Below, in pieces: positions 1 to 8,253 of a stretch of DNA of 64,000 nt. The stretch is from a virus: the IMG/VR virus record IMGVR_UViG_3300046694_000299, positions 11,119 to 75,118 of that record. One strand, written 5' to 3'. The notes beneath the pieces are model-generated. The model made no database searches and was not told where the DNA came from. It saw nothing but the letters and a program-made list of their open reading frames with translations. The translations under genes were made by a program, and so were the position numbers. Position 1 is the first letter of the stretch, and every line of letters begins with the position of its first letter.

Positions 1-1
1 C

Positions 2-175
2 AGGAGCCGGAAGATGCGGGATCTGTCGCCTCAGGCGTTCGACCAGCTGCGGACACAGTTGGCTCGCGCCGCTGCCGGGGTGGCCAGGGAGAAAGTGCCA
101 CGACAGCGGCCTCGCCCGACGCCTGCGGAGCCGGAGGGTGTCCACGGTGAGGCGGGGCAGCCAGGGGCGAGCTGA
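2..175 (+). CDS. 3' end of an ORF entering from upstream of the window, function unknown
   Basis: Frame is open from base 2 to TGA at 173-175 with fairly GC-rich third positions. It converges on the minus-strand gene ending at 178. No motif recognised. Confidence 0.3.
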   Translation, partial: RSRKMRDLSPQAFDQLRTQLARAAAGVAREKVPRQRPRPTPAEPEGVHGEAGQPGAS

Positions 176-177
176 GG

Positions 178-645
178 TCAACGCTCCCCCGCCACGGCCG
201 CCTCCAGCTCCGCGGGCTGCTCGAGGACTCGGTCGAGTTTCCCCAGCAGGATCGGGTCGGCGAGCTTGAGCCGGTTCCGGCTGGCGGCGATGAGCAGCCG
301 GACTTGGGCGAGCGCGGCCTGGTCGCGGATCAGCGCGGCGCGGGTGGCGAGGGACTCAGCGCCCGCATCGGGGGCCTCCGGGCCGTGCTGCGGGGGTATG
401 GCGTCGCGCGCCCGGTCCAAGGCCGCGAAGCGCGCCTCGTGGCAGACACCTGCCGGGCTGCCGTCGCTGCGGAGACATGGCCGGTCCGCGGGTACTTGGC
501 AGCGGCGATCCGGACAGGCCACGGCCCAGGCGGGCTGCGCGACGCTGCCGTGCATCTCGACACAGCAAAGGATGCATCCGTCGAGGCGGTAGGTGTGCTG
601 CTCGCTGCAGGCGGGGCCGCACTCAGGCGTCGGCTGGTCGGTCAC
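178..645 (-). CDS. hypothetical Cys-rich protein
   Basis: Track ORF 178..786 trimmed to GTG at 645, which has GAGGAG upstream and a GTGA overlap with the stop of 642..923. No family recognised. Confidence 0.6.
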   Translation of the reverse strand: MTDQPTPECGPACSEQHTYRLDGCILCCVEMHGSVAQPAWAVACPDRRCQVPADRPCLRSDGSPAGVCHEARFAALDRARDAIPPQHGPEAPDAGAESLATRAALIRDQAALAQVRLLIAASRNRLKLADPILLGKLDRVLEQPAELEAAVAGER

Positions 646-923
646 GGGGTCTCCTCGGTGGCGATGCCGGGGATGTCCCGGTAGCTCTCCTCGCGGATGG
701 CCTTGATCTCGTCGGTGTACAGCTCGGCGGCCTGCCGGATCTGCGTCCACAGGGTGTGGAGCGTGGTGCCCTCCTGCGGCGCCCATCCGCCGAGAACGTC
801 GCGGACGGCCTGAACGCGAGAGCCCTGCAAGTCGCCGATGCGGACGGCGAGATGGTGATGCTTGAGCTCGGCGTTCTTGCCCTCCAGCAGCGAGAGGAGG
901 GCGGGCGGAAGCTGGTCGGTCAT
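642..923 (-). CDS. hypothetical protein
   Basis: 93-aa track ORF with a non-repetitive, protein-like sequence. Stop overlaps the next start. Confidence 0.7.
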   Translation of the reverse strand: MTDQLPPALLSLLEGKNAELKHHHLAVRIGDLQGSRVQAVRDVLGGWAPQEGTTLHTLWTQIRQAAELYTDEIKAIREESYRDIPGIATEETP

Positions 924-1153
924 GCGGTCTCCTTGGGTTTGATCACGTAGTTGAGTCCGTCGTCGAGGTCGAGCCAGACGAGCAGCGACACGAGGGCGTC
1001 GGCGTCGGGCCGGTTGCCGTCGGCGAGGCGGCTGAACATGGACGGGGAGACGTCGAGCTGTTCGGCTATCTGCCGCCAGGTCAGGCCCCGTTCCCGCCGC
1101 CTCGCATCGAGGCGGCGGTACAGCTCGGGGACGTCGAGGAGGTAGGCGCTCAC
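920..1153 (-). CDS. HTH (XRE-like) DNA-binding protein
   Basis: Trimmed to GTG at 1153, with AAGGGAGG upstream. 'GLTWRQIAEQLDVSPSMFSRLADG' is a helix-turn-helix pattern. Confidence 0.7.
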   Translation of the reverse strand: MSAYLLDVPELYRRLDARRRERGLTWRQIAEQLDVSPSMFSRLADGNRPDADALVSLLVWLDLDDGLNYVIKPKETA

Positions 1154-1617
1154 GCTGCCGCCTCCCTTCGCGGCGCTGTACGCCCGTCTGCGGCTCTCAC
1201 GGCACCCCGGACGACCCGGTCGCCATTCGCGGGCTCCTGGACGCCCTGAGGGCCGCCTGCGGCCGCTCGCGCGCTCTCGCTGCCACTCCGCCGCCGCTGC
1301 ACATCGACGACATCGACGGTCGGACACGGGAACGGGGTGACAACTCCCCGGCAGCGGAAGCCATCCCAGCCGGAGCACTCGGAGCAGATCTCAACGCCGC
1401 CACGCCACATGGGGGCGTGGAGCTCGTACAGGGCCTGCTTGAGCCGCTGGATCCGCTTGGCAGCTGCGAGGGGCTTAGACGGGCGCCTGGGCGGCTTCCT
1501 GGCGGCAAGGAGCTCGATGCCCTCCAGCAGGCGGGCGGATTCCTCGGGCCGCAGCTGGCCGGCGAAGGTCCGGCTGGCGAGGTTGCGGAGCTGGTCCACG
1601 GTCGGCGGGGTGCTCAC
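1150..1617 (-). CDS. hypothetical protein
   Basis: GTG at 1617 overlaps the upstream stop (GTGA). The stop overlaps the next start. Third-position GC over 1201-1260 slightly favours another frame, so the 3' third is uncertain. Confidence 0.5.
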   Translation of the reverse strand: MSTPPTVDQLRNLASRTFAGQLRPEESARLLEGIELLAARKPPRRPSKPLAAAKRIQRLKQALYELHAPMWRGGVEICSECSGWDGFRCRGVVTPFPCPTVDVVDVQRRRSGSESARAAAGGPQGVQEPANGDRVVRGAVRAADGRTAPRREAAA

Positions 1618-1766
1618 AGCCACTCCCCCGTCACGGTCACGGTCTGCAGCCCGTGGATCTCGTCGTCGCCGATCTGCCCGAGCAGATCCGGGTACGGGAC
1701 CGGGTCGGCGGCAAGGTGCGCCAGGGCGCCGCCGCACGGCTCCGACGCCATCGGGATGTCGGTCAC
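1614..1766 (-). CDS. small hypothetical protein (50 aa)
   Basis: Hand-translated, below the track cut-off: VTDIPMASEPCGGALAHLAADPVPYPDLLGQIGDDEIHGLQTVTVTGEWL. GC-rich third positions and GTGA overlaps at both ends. Confidence 0.45.
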   Translation of the reverse strand: MTDIPMASEPCGGALAHLAADPVPYPDLLGQIGDDEIHGLQTVTVTGEWL

Positions 1767-1939
1767 GGCCGACCCCCGTTCTTGATCCGCCCGTTGGGCA
1801 GGAGCAGCCCGTCGGCGGTAGCCCGCAGGCGGAGCGCGATCAGCAGGGCGCCGCGAGGCTTCTCGCCGCGCCGCAGGTACAGGGCGAGCAGGCGGCCGAA
1901 CTCTTCGTCGACCAGCAGCCGCAGGATCCGGGTCGTCAT
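1763..1939 (-). CDS. small hypothetical protein (58 aa)
   Basis: C-terminal part of track ORF 1763..2116, starting at ATG 1939 (MTTRILRLLVDEEF...). Confidence 0.5.
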   Translation of the reverse strand: MTTRILRLLVDEEFGRLLALYLRRGEKPRGALLIALRLRATADGLLLPNGRIKNGGRP

Positions 1940-1997
1940 CGGTGGTGCCTTTCGGTGCGGGGTGCCGCCCCCACGACGCAGGGGCGGCAGGGCGGGG

Positions 1998-2387
1998 TCA
2001 GGCGGTGGGGTCGACCTCGGGGTGCGTGAACCGGACGGGCTTGCCCAGGGATCGGGCGTAGGCGATCTCCGCGGTCGTCGACGAGCCGATGTAATCCCCG
2101 ACGACGAGCACCTCATCGGCGAGCCGGATCTTCGCCCGGTGCAGTCCGTCGAGCCGCACCTTCCCCGCCTCGGCCTCGACCGGGTCAGCCCACAGCGGGT
2201 CCGGGTTCTTCATGTCGCAGCCAGGCTTGACCACGATGTAGCCGCCCCACGTGAGTTCGCGGTCGGCGTCCGCCATCTCCTGCATGAAGCGGGTGGAGCC
2301 GCAGATGGCAACGATCGTCGGGATGCCGAGCAGCGCCTTGCCGTCGGCGAGCTTCTCTTCCGGGGTGAGCAACTGCGGGTACGACAT
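1998..2387 (-). CDS. nucleoside 2-deoxyribosyltransferase-like (Rossmann-like) protein, function tentative
   Basis: 129-aa track ORF. The 'VAICGSTRF...LHRAKIRLADEVLVVGDYIGSSTTAEIAYARSLGKPV' pattern resembles that fold family, from memory only. Confidence 0.6.
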   Translation of the reverse strand: MSYPQLLTPEEKLADGKALLGIPTIVAICGSTRFMQEMADADRELTWGGYIVVKPGCDMKNPDPLWADPVEAEAGKVRLDGLHRAKIRLADEVLVVGDYIGSSTTAEIAYARSLGKPVRFTHPEVDPTA

Positions 2388-2423
2388 GGGATTCCTTCCG
2401 GTGATTGTGGTGGTGTGGGGTTG

Positions 2424-2454
2424 CGGCCCGCCCTCATTCGCCGAGGGCGGGCCG
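2424..2454 (-). terminator. GC-rich hairpin (12-bp perfect stem, 7-nt loop)
   Basis: cggcccgccctc / gagggcgggccg, just downstream of the stop at 2463 on the minus strand. Confidence 0.6.
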
Positions 2455-2462
2455 TCCTGCGG

Positions 2463-2702
2463 TCAGGGCGCGGGAGCCTCGGTCGTGAACTCGATGACGA
2501 TCTCCTCGTCGCGGACGTGGAAGCGCAGCGCGTCGTCGTGCAACGGCTGTTCCTTCGGGATGCCGTGGTGATCGCGGTACGCCAACTCGGCGACCGCCCA
2601 CGCCTTGCCGATCTCTGCGGCAGCTGCACCCCACGGTTCGGCGGCGGGGACGATCCAGCGACGAATGGTGCGGGTGACGGTCTCGCTGGTGAAGTCGGCC
2701 AC
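2463..2702 (-). CDS. hypothetical protein (79 aa)
   Basis: Track ORF 2463..3194 trimmed to GTG 2702, which has AAGGAGG upstream (VADFTSETVTRTIRRW...). Confidence 0.65.
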   Translation of the reverse strand: MADFTSETVTRTIRRWIVPAAEPWGAAAAEIGKAWAVAELAYRDHHGIPKEQPLHDDALRFHVRDEEIVIEFTTEAPAP

Positions 2703-2704
2703 GG

Positions 2705-3562
2705 TCAGGCCTCCTTGCCGGGCTGGGACACGGCGGCGGGGCAGTCGGCGTAGTGGCCAGCCGGGGCGAAGCAGTCCCCGGCGTCTACGCATGTGCAGGG
2801 CGGCTCGTCGTCGGCCTGCGTCTCGGGCTGCTGCGCCTCGCCGGCCATGCGGCTCGGGTCGTCGGCAGCCTCCAGCACGGCGCGGATCGCGGACACGACC
2901 GCCGGGGTCCGGATCACCTCGGGGAGCTGCTGCTCCCAGTGGTCGGTCATCTGCCTCAGCCGGGCAACGACGGCCCGCAGTCGGCCGGTCTCCTTCTCGG
3001 CCAGCTGGCGGCGGGCCATCTCCTGCCCGAGGTGGAAGTCCGCGTTCTCCCGGATGCGCTCGGCGGCGGCCAACTGCCTGCGGAGGTCGGCGTCTGCGGG
3101 CGCGGGCAGCACGGCCAGCACCGCGTCGGCCTGCCGCAGGTAGTGCTGGTACGTGGGGCTCTGTGCCTTGTCGTATCCGGGAGCCCACTGCCAACCCTCG
3201 GCGTCGGCAAGCGCGTCGGCGGCCAGGTCCCGCAGCGCTGCCCGGTCGTCGGGCGCAGACGGTGCGGCGGCAGACGGGGTCGGAGTCGTCGCCAGTACCT
3301 CAGGCGTGATCACCCCGTTGGCACTCGACAAGCTGTGACCGCGCTGGAGATACCAGATGTCGCCGTAGCCGAGCGCGCCGCCCTGGCAGGTCATCAATGG
3401 CGAGCAGGGACGGTCGGCGTACTGGCGGTTGAGGCACAGGCAGAGATGCCAGTTCCGTTGCCCGTCGTGCTCGACGCGCTGGTCACATTCGGCGCCGGGC
3501 GCGTGCTGCGGGTGCTGGCAGCCGGGGCACTGCTCGGCCTGCGGGTCGGTGGTGTCGGTCAT
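2705..3562 (-). CDS. hypothetical protein (285 aa), Cys/His-rich N-terminus
   Basis: Track ORF 2705..3913 trimmed to ATG 3562, which has AAGGAG upstream (MTDTTDPQAEQCPGCQ...). Confidence 0.7.
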   Translation of the reverse strand: MTDTTDPQAEQCPGCQHPQHAPGAECDQRVEHDGQRNWHLCLCLNRQYADRPCSPLMTCQGGALGYGDIWYLQRGHSLSSANGVITPEVLATTPTPSAAAPSAPDDRAALRDLAADALADAEGWQWAPGYDKAQSPTYQHYLRQADAVLAVLPAPADADLRRQLAAAERIRENADFHLGQEMARRQLAEKETGRLRAVVARLRQMTDHWEQQLPEVIRTPAVVSAIRAVLEAADDPSRMAGEAQQPETQADDEPPCTCVDAGDCFAPAGHYADCPAAVSQPGKEA

Positions 3563-3597
3563 GCGGTGCTCCTTGATCGTGCGAGAGGATTGGGGGG

Positions 3598-3630
3598 CCG
3601 GGCGCCGCCTGTAGGGCAGGCGGCGCCCGG
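3598..3630 (-). terminator. strong hairpin (13-bp perfect GC stem, 7-nt loop)
   Basis: ccgggcgccgcct / aggcggcgcccgg, directly downstream of the stop at 3648. Confidence 0.65.
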
Positions 3631-3647
3631 TGCGGGGAGTCACGGGC

Positions 3648-3998
3648 TCAGCGGTCCAGGGCGCGGGCGAGGATTCCGCGCAGCGTGACGGCCACGGCCG
3701 GGTCGATGCCGTCCCGGTCTTCGAGGTAGTCCGCCAGGCCCTCCAGCTCGTGCCGGTACCGCGACGCCTCGCTCTCGTTGCTCCGGGCCTGGTAGGCGTG
3801 CGGGCAGTCGCCCTCGGCGCACGCATCAGCACGCTCGCGAAGGCTGTCGGTGTCGGCGTGGACCGCGTGGACGCGGGCCTCGACGGTGTCGCGGTAGGCG
3901 TCGAGGAGGTCACGACGGCGGAGGGGCGACAGGTTGCCGTCCATGGCGGCGGCGATGTTGAGACGCAGGTCGTTCTCGTCGGGCTTCTGGTCGGTCAT
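3648..3998 (-). CDS. hypothetical protein
   Basis: 116-aa track ORF with an acidic, helical-looking sequence. Confidence 0.7.
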   Translation of the reverse strand: MTDQKPDENDLRLNIAAAMDGNLSPLRRRDLLDAYRDTVEARVHAVHADTDSLRERADACAEGDCPHAYQARSNESEASRYRHELEGLADYLEDRDGIDPAVAVTLRGILARALDR

Positions 3999-4052
3999 GG
4001 GGTTCCTTGTCTGGTGGGCGGTTCGCTGGGGTTTGTGCCTACTGCGGGCGGG

Positions 4053-4562
4053 TTATCGCGCGGCGGCGAGGCGCTGCGTGCAGTCCGCCCACGCGACGAC
4101 GACCGGGAACTCGCCGTCCTTGTGCGGGCCGGTGCAGCCCTCGCAGATCTCCATCTCGCTGAGGTGGGAGCAGGTCTCCTTGCTGGGGATCTCGTCGCCC
4201 TCGTCGTCGAAGAAGTCCTCGCACTCGCGTTCCAGGCATTCGAGGCTGCCGACGTCGACCGTCAGCGGAACGTGGGCGGTGGGCTGCTCGGGCTTCTGGG
4301 CCGCAGCCCGCTTCGGCCGGGTGTGATCACGGACCCGACACCGGTTCCACGGCACCATCTCGCCGTCCTCGGCGGAGCAGGCCAGGCAGGCGTCACCGGC
4401 CGGGGCGTCGAGGCAGACCGGGCCGTCGTCGCTGGACGGGTGACGGTCCCGCCAGAGGTCCCACGCCTCGCCCTCGGTCTCGATGTCGGGCTCGGCGCCG
4501 TGCGGGCACTGGTCGCTGCCGACCTCCCAGTAGAAGGCTCCGGGCTCATGCAGTTCGGTCAT
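4053..4562 (-). CDS. hypothetical Cys-rich acidic protein
   Basis: 169-aa track ORF with multiple CxxC-like pairs. Confidence 0.7.
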   Translation of the reverse strand: MTELHEPGAFYWEVGSDQCPHGAEPDIETEGEAWDLWRDRHPSSDDGPVCLDAPAGDACLACSAEDGEMVPWNRCRVRDHTRPKRAAAQKPEQPTAHVPLTVDVGSLECLERECEDFFDDEGDEIPSKETCSHLSEMEICEGCTGPHKDGEFPVVVAWADCTQRLAAAR

Positions 4563-4674
4563 GTCAGTTCTCCTGTCGGTGAGTTGGTTTGTCTAGGTTT
4601 CGCATCCCGCCCACACTCGGCTGGTGTGCGCCGTTTCCCCGGCCCGAGGGTCGGGCGGCAAACAACGGGCGACG

Positions 4675-5958
4675 TCACGCGGCCTGGCCGTGGACGCCGG
4701 GCGTGTGGGTGGCGCGGGCGTGAAGCAGGCGGAGGGCGGTGGCGGCCTGCAGCCGAACGACTCCGTTGCCGAGGGCGCGGAGCATGGCCGAGCGGGTGAG
4801 CCCAGGGGTGTCGGTGACCCAGCCGTCGGGGAGGCCCATGAGCCATTCGGTGAAGACGGGGCTCAGTCGTCCCAGAGCGTCGGTTGGCCAGGGGGCAGGG
4901 CGGCCGAGGATGGCTTCCCACCGTCGGATGGCGGGTTCGTAATCGCCCCAGTCAAGGTCAGGTTGCCCCGGCCGTAGCTGGAGGACGTCCTCTCGCCGTC
5001 CGAGGTCGTCGGCGTCGGTAGGAGCTGCCCACTGAACACGACGTCCGACAGGGTCCAGCCCGAGTTCACGTTCGGGTTGTCCGTCTTCCGGCCCGCGGTT
5101 GCATTCCTGGTGCCCTTCGCGTCCCCAGCCATCGGCGTTGGCAGCAACTTCACGGCTTCCGGCAGGTCCGCATCCGACAACGGCCGCGGTTTGCCGTCGC
5201 GGCTTCGCCCCTGCGTCGCTCCACTGCCTTTGTCGTCCGAAGCGTTCGGCGTTGGCAGCAGCCTGACTACCGACTCCAGCATGGGCGACCGCCGCGCCCG
5301 CTCGGAGGGGCAGTCCCCGCGATCCATGTCCGAGGCTTTCGGGGTCGGCATCAGCAGGCCAGGCGGAGACGAAGACACGCTTGCGGTGGTGGGGAGCGCC
5401 GACCTCCGACGCTGCGACGCGCGCCCATTCCGCATCGTGCCCGATGCTGGCCAGGTCTCCAAGTACGGCTCCGCATGCCCGCAGTACAGGCCCAGCGTGT
5501 CGGTCTCCCACACAGTCCGGGCAGGGTTCCATGTCACTGGTTGCTGGCGCCGAGAGGAGCCCTTCGACATTTTCGATCACCACGAGTTTCGGTTGGAGGA
5601 TGGAGATGGCGTGGGCCATGTGGTTCCACAGCCCGGAGTGGGTGTCGGGGGTGAGACCGGCCCGTTTCCCTGCGGACGAGACGTCAGTGCACGGGAAGCC
5701 GCCGGTGAGGATGTCGATCGGCCCGTGCTCGTCGAGGACGGCCCGCCAGTCGATCTTGGTTATGTCGCCCAGATTCGGGACGGCCGGCCAGTGGCGGGCG
5801 AGGATCTTCGCGGCGTACTGGTTCTTGTCTTCCTTGCCGTTCTTGTCCGGCGGCTCGTACTGCGAGTGCCAGACCACCTCGGCGTCATAGACGTCCATCA
5901 CGGCCAGGTCCAGGGCGCCCGTGCCGGTGAACAGGGAGCCGATACGCAGGGCGGTCAT
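4675..5958 (-). CDS. DNA (cytosine-5)-methyltransferase; central segment appears out of frame (see findings)
   Basis: ATG 5958 has an AGGAG SD. Motifs FTGTGALD (I), GGFPCTDVS (IV), ENV (VI), HHRKRVF (VIII) and TEWLMGLPDGW...LGNGV (IX/X) are present. The N-terminal 174 aa of track ORF 4675..6480 overlap the upstream gene and were rejected. Confidence 0.8.
   Translation of the reverse strand: MTALRIGSLFTGTGALDLAVMDVYDAEVVWHSQYEPPDKNGKEDKNQYAAKILARHWPAVPNLGDITKIDWRAVLDEHGPIDILTGGFPCTDVSSAGKRAGLTPDTHSGLWNHMAHAISILQPKLVVIENVEGLLSAPATSDMEPCPDCVGDRHAGPVLRACGAVLGDLASIGHDAEWARVAASEVGAPHHRKRVFVSAWPADADPESLGHGSRGLPLRAGAAVAHAGVGSQAAANAERFGRQRQWSDAGAKPRRQTAAVVGCGPAGSREVAANADGWGREGHQECNRGPEDGQPERELGLDPVGRRVQWAAPTDADDLGRREDVLQLRPGQPDLDWGDYEPAIRRWEAILGRPAPWPTDALGRLSPVFTEWLMGLPDGWVTDTPGLTRSAMLRALGNGVVRLQAATALRLLHARATHTPGVHGQAA
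4863..5570 (-). other. alternate-frame ORF inside the methyltransferase gene carrying four L(L/M)PTP repeats
   Basis: LMPTPKASD, LLPTPNASDDKG, LLPTPMAGDAKG and LLPTPTTSDGER. Third-position GC is 75-95% in this frame over 5041-5280, versus 50-65% in the methyltransferase frame (hand counts, 20 codons each). Confidence 0.5.
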
Positions 5959-6413
5959 GCGGCTTCTCCTTCCTGGGGCCGGTTCTCGGCGGGCAGGTCG
6001 GCGTCGCAGTAGAAGCCGATGGTCAGGTGCATGCCGTGGTCTTCGACGACCCTCCACACCGCGGGGGCGGTGCAGGGCGGCTGGCCGGCGTTGTCGGGGA
6101 TGTGGTTGCTGGTGCAGTCCGCCAGGTCGGTGAAGTCGGGTCGCACCCAGCCGGCCGGGCGGTGGAAGACGCGGACGGTCGGGCTGGGGTCTTCGTCGTC
6201 GGCTTCCGGCTCGTCCGGCTCGCAGTCGTCGTGAATCTCGGGCGGGTCCCCGGCGGCGATACCGCAGTTGCAGCACTCCAGGGAGGTGCCGCTCTCGCCG
6301 GTTTCCGGGATGGCCCACACGATGAGGTGCAGGTTGTCGACGGTCCCACAGCCCTGGCAGGCGGTCGGCCCGGTGTGGCCGTGCGCTCGGGCGAAGTCGG
6401 TCGTGGTGCTCAC
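5955..6413 (-). CDS. hypothetical Cys-rich acidic protein
   Basis: 152-aa track ORF. ATGA overlap with the methyltransferase start. Confidence 0.75.
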   Translation of the reverse strand: MSTTTDFARAHGHTGPTACQGCGTVDNLHLIVWAIPETGESGTSLECCNCGIAAGDPPEIHDDCEPDEPEADDEDPSPTVRVFHRPAGWVRPDFTDLADCTSNHIPDNAGQPPCTAPAVWRVVEDHGMHLTIGFYCDADLPAENRPQEGEAA

Positions 6414-6700
6414 GGGCGGTCTCCTCGGCTGAGGTGCTTGCGGGCACGGGCGATGGCGGCCAGTTCATGAACCTGTGCACTGACCTGCGGGTCGAAGTTC
6501 GGCGAGTCGACGGCAGGCTCGGGCGGTATGGCGCGGCCGGGGACGATCTGCCAGCCGCACGTCCACACGTAGCGGCAGTTGGGGCAGCGGTAGCCGGCGA
6601 TGATCCCTTCGGCGCCGTCGCGGAGTGCGGACTCCGGGAAGACGTCGTAGGTCGGGCAGTTCTCGCAGGCGTCTGCGTAGAGCGGGTTGGGGTCGGTCAC
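6410..6700 (-). CDS. hypothetical zinc-ribbon-like protein (96 aa)
   Basis: Trimmed to GTG 6700, with a GTGA overlap with the helicase stop. CENCP...CPNC motif pairs. Confidence 0.65.
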   Translation of the reverse strand: MTDPNPLYADACENCPTYDVFPESALRDGAEGIIAGYRCPNCRYVWTCGWQIVPGRAIPPEPAVDSPNFDPQVSAQVHELAAIARARKHLSRGDRP

Positions 6701-8010
6701 CAGATGGCTCCTGTCTCGCTGTGGCCGGTGAACTCGTTGGCGTCGATGGGGCGGTAGGACATCCAGGGCCACTGCTCGCCCTGCTTGATGAAGGCGGGCC
6801 ATTCACGTTCGTCGCGCATGCCGCGCCAGGGGACGACGCGCCGGCCGCGGGCGCCTTCTTCGTTGGCTGCGGACTTCTCGTCCTCGACGGGGCGCAGGCC
6901 GAAGCCGAACTCGGGCCAGCGCATCCACAGTGAGGAGCCGAGGGGGCGGAGGTTGCGGTGGGCGCCTTGCCCGTTGTGGTGGGGGGCGTGGGCTTCCATG
7001 AGGACGGCGCAGCCTGCGGTGGAGCGGGCTTCGTCGATGACGACGGAGACTTTGCGGGCGAGCTCTTCCGAGTTGGGGTCGCCTGCGTGGAGTCGGTAGA
7101 TCGGGCCGATGATCAGCACGTCGGGGTTGATCTTCTCGACGCGGCGCATCATCCAGGAGCGGTCCTGTGCGGTCGTGAGGTCGAGCCCTTCGGGCCTGCA
7201 CTCGATGTGGAACTGGCCCCGCTTGACCGGCTGCTCCAGGTGGTCCGCTGCATCGAGCAGGGGCCGGAACTTGCGGCGGCTGGCCGGGGCGCCGTTCTCG
7301 CAGTCGAGGGTGAGTACCTTGATCGGCTCAATGGACTGCGAGGTGCGGAACGGGTGGATGCCGGCGGCGAGCGTGACGGACATCTGCCGGAGCAGGGTCG
7401 ACTTGCCGCCCCCCTCGCTGGCGGTGAGGACGAGCCGGTCCATACGTTCGAGGAGGCCGGGGACGATCCAGTCGTAGGCGTCCTCGTGCTTGACGAAGTC
7501 GAGGATGTCCTCGATGACGACGTCGTCGGCTTCCATTCCGCGGTCGCGGAGCTCGCGGCTCATCGTGACGGCCCGCTCGATGATCTCGGTGGTTTCGCCG
7601 TCGGGGCTGTAGCCCATCTGGACAAGGCGGGTGCCGAGTTCGATGAGCGCGCGGCGCAGGCCGCGGTCCTGGACGATGCCCGCGTAGTACTCGCCGTTGG
7701 CCGCCGTGGGTACGGCCTGGACGAGTTCGTACAGGTAGTTGGGGCCGCCGATGCGGGTGAGGTCGCCGCAGTCGCCGAGGTGCTTGCCGAGGGTGATCTG
7801 GTCGACGGGCTGCCCGGCGAGGAACAGGTTGGCGATCGCGTTGTAGATCGTGACGTGCTGCGGCAGGTAGAACGCTTCGGGGGCGACGGCGGCCAGGACT
7901 TCGGCGCAGGCGAGCGGCGACAGCATGCAGGCGCCGAGGGCGGACTGTTCGGCGGCGAGGTCGCGGGGCGGGGTGCGGCCGGTGAAGTCGGAGTCGAACT
8001 CGTCGGTCAC
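6697..8010 (-). CDS. dnaB: DnaB-like replicative helicase
   Basis: N-terminal DnaB-type pattern (AEQSALGACMLS, HVTIYNAI). Walker A 'ASEGGGKST' lies in the C-terminal RecA-like domain. Confidence 0.85.
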   Translation of the reverse strand: MTDEFDSDFTGRTPPRDLAAEQSALGACMLSPLACAEVLAAVAPEAFYLPQHVTIYNAIANLFLAGQPVDQITLGKHLGDCGDLTRIGGPNYLYELVQAVPTAANGEYYAGIVQDRGLRRALIELGTRLVQMGYSPDGETTEIIERAVTMSRELRDRGMEADDVVIEDILDFVKHEDAYDWIVPGLLERMDRLVLTASEGGGKSTLLRQMSVTLAAGIHPFRTSQSIEPIKVLTLDCENGAPASRRKFRPLLDAADHLEQPVKRGQFHIECRPEGLDLTTAQDRSWMMRRVEKINPDVLIIGPIYRLHAGDPNSEELARKVSVVIDEARSTAGCAVLMEAHAPHHNGQGAHRNLRPLGSSLWMRWPEFGFGLRPVEDEKSAANEEGARGRRVVPWRGMRDEREWPAFIKQGEQWPWMSYRPIDANEFTGHSETGAIW

Positions 8011-8253
8011 TTAGAAGATCCCTTTCTCGGCGTAGGCCGCGTAGCCGGTGGCGGGCTTGACGCGGCGGACGATGTCGGCGGGCATGACGTGCTTGGTGGT
8101 CTCGCGGTAGTGGGCGCGCAGGGCGGTGCGGGCGGCCTCGAAGTCGATGTCGTCGAGGACCATCTGCCAGGCGCGGACGTCGGATTCGCCGAGGGTTCGT
8201 TTGTCGATGGCGGCTGCGATGGACAGCAGGTCTGCGGTTTCGGCGAGGGTCAT
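8011..8253 (-). CDS. hypothetical protein
   Basis: 80-aa track ORF abutting the helicase start. Confidence 0.7.
   Translation of the reverse strand: MTLAETADLLSIAAAIDKRTLGESDVRAWQMVLDDIDFEAARTALRAHYRETTKHVMPADIVRRVKPATGYAAYAEKGIF

Noticed and set aside
1197-1508. Alternate-frame ORF with slightly higher third-position GC over 1201-1260 than the annotated 1150..1617
   Set aside because: The advantage is local only: 80% in both frames at 1261-1320, and clearly worse at 1321-1380. The annotated frame ends in a GTGA overlap with the next gene. The 3' end is kept as uncertain rather than called a frameshift.
5400-5570. Alternate-frame peptide '...TVWETDTLGLYCGHAEPYLETWPASGTMRNG' read as the true start of an independent gene overlapping methyltransferase motifs VI-VIII
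   Set aside because: The methyltransferase frame here encodes unmistakable motifs (ENV, VLGDLASIGHDAEW, HHRKRVF). High third-position GC in the alternate frame is expected because it coincides with G-rich first positions. The ATG at 5570 has no SD. The case remains unresolved rather than supported.
5959-6480. N-terminal 174 aa of the 601-aa track ORF 4675..6480
   Set aside because: This part is Arg/Pro-rich junk. It lies out of frame over the well-supported gene 5955..6413. The methyltransferase motif I begins right after ATG 5958, which has its own SD.
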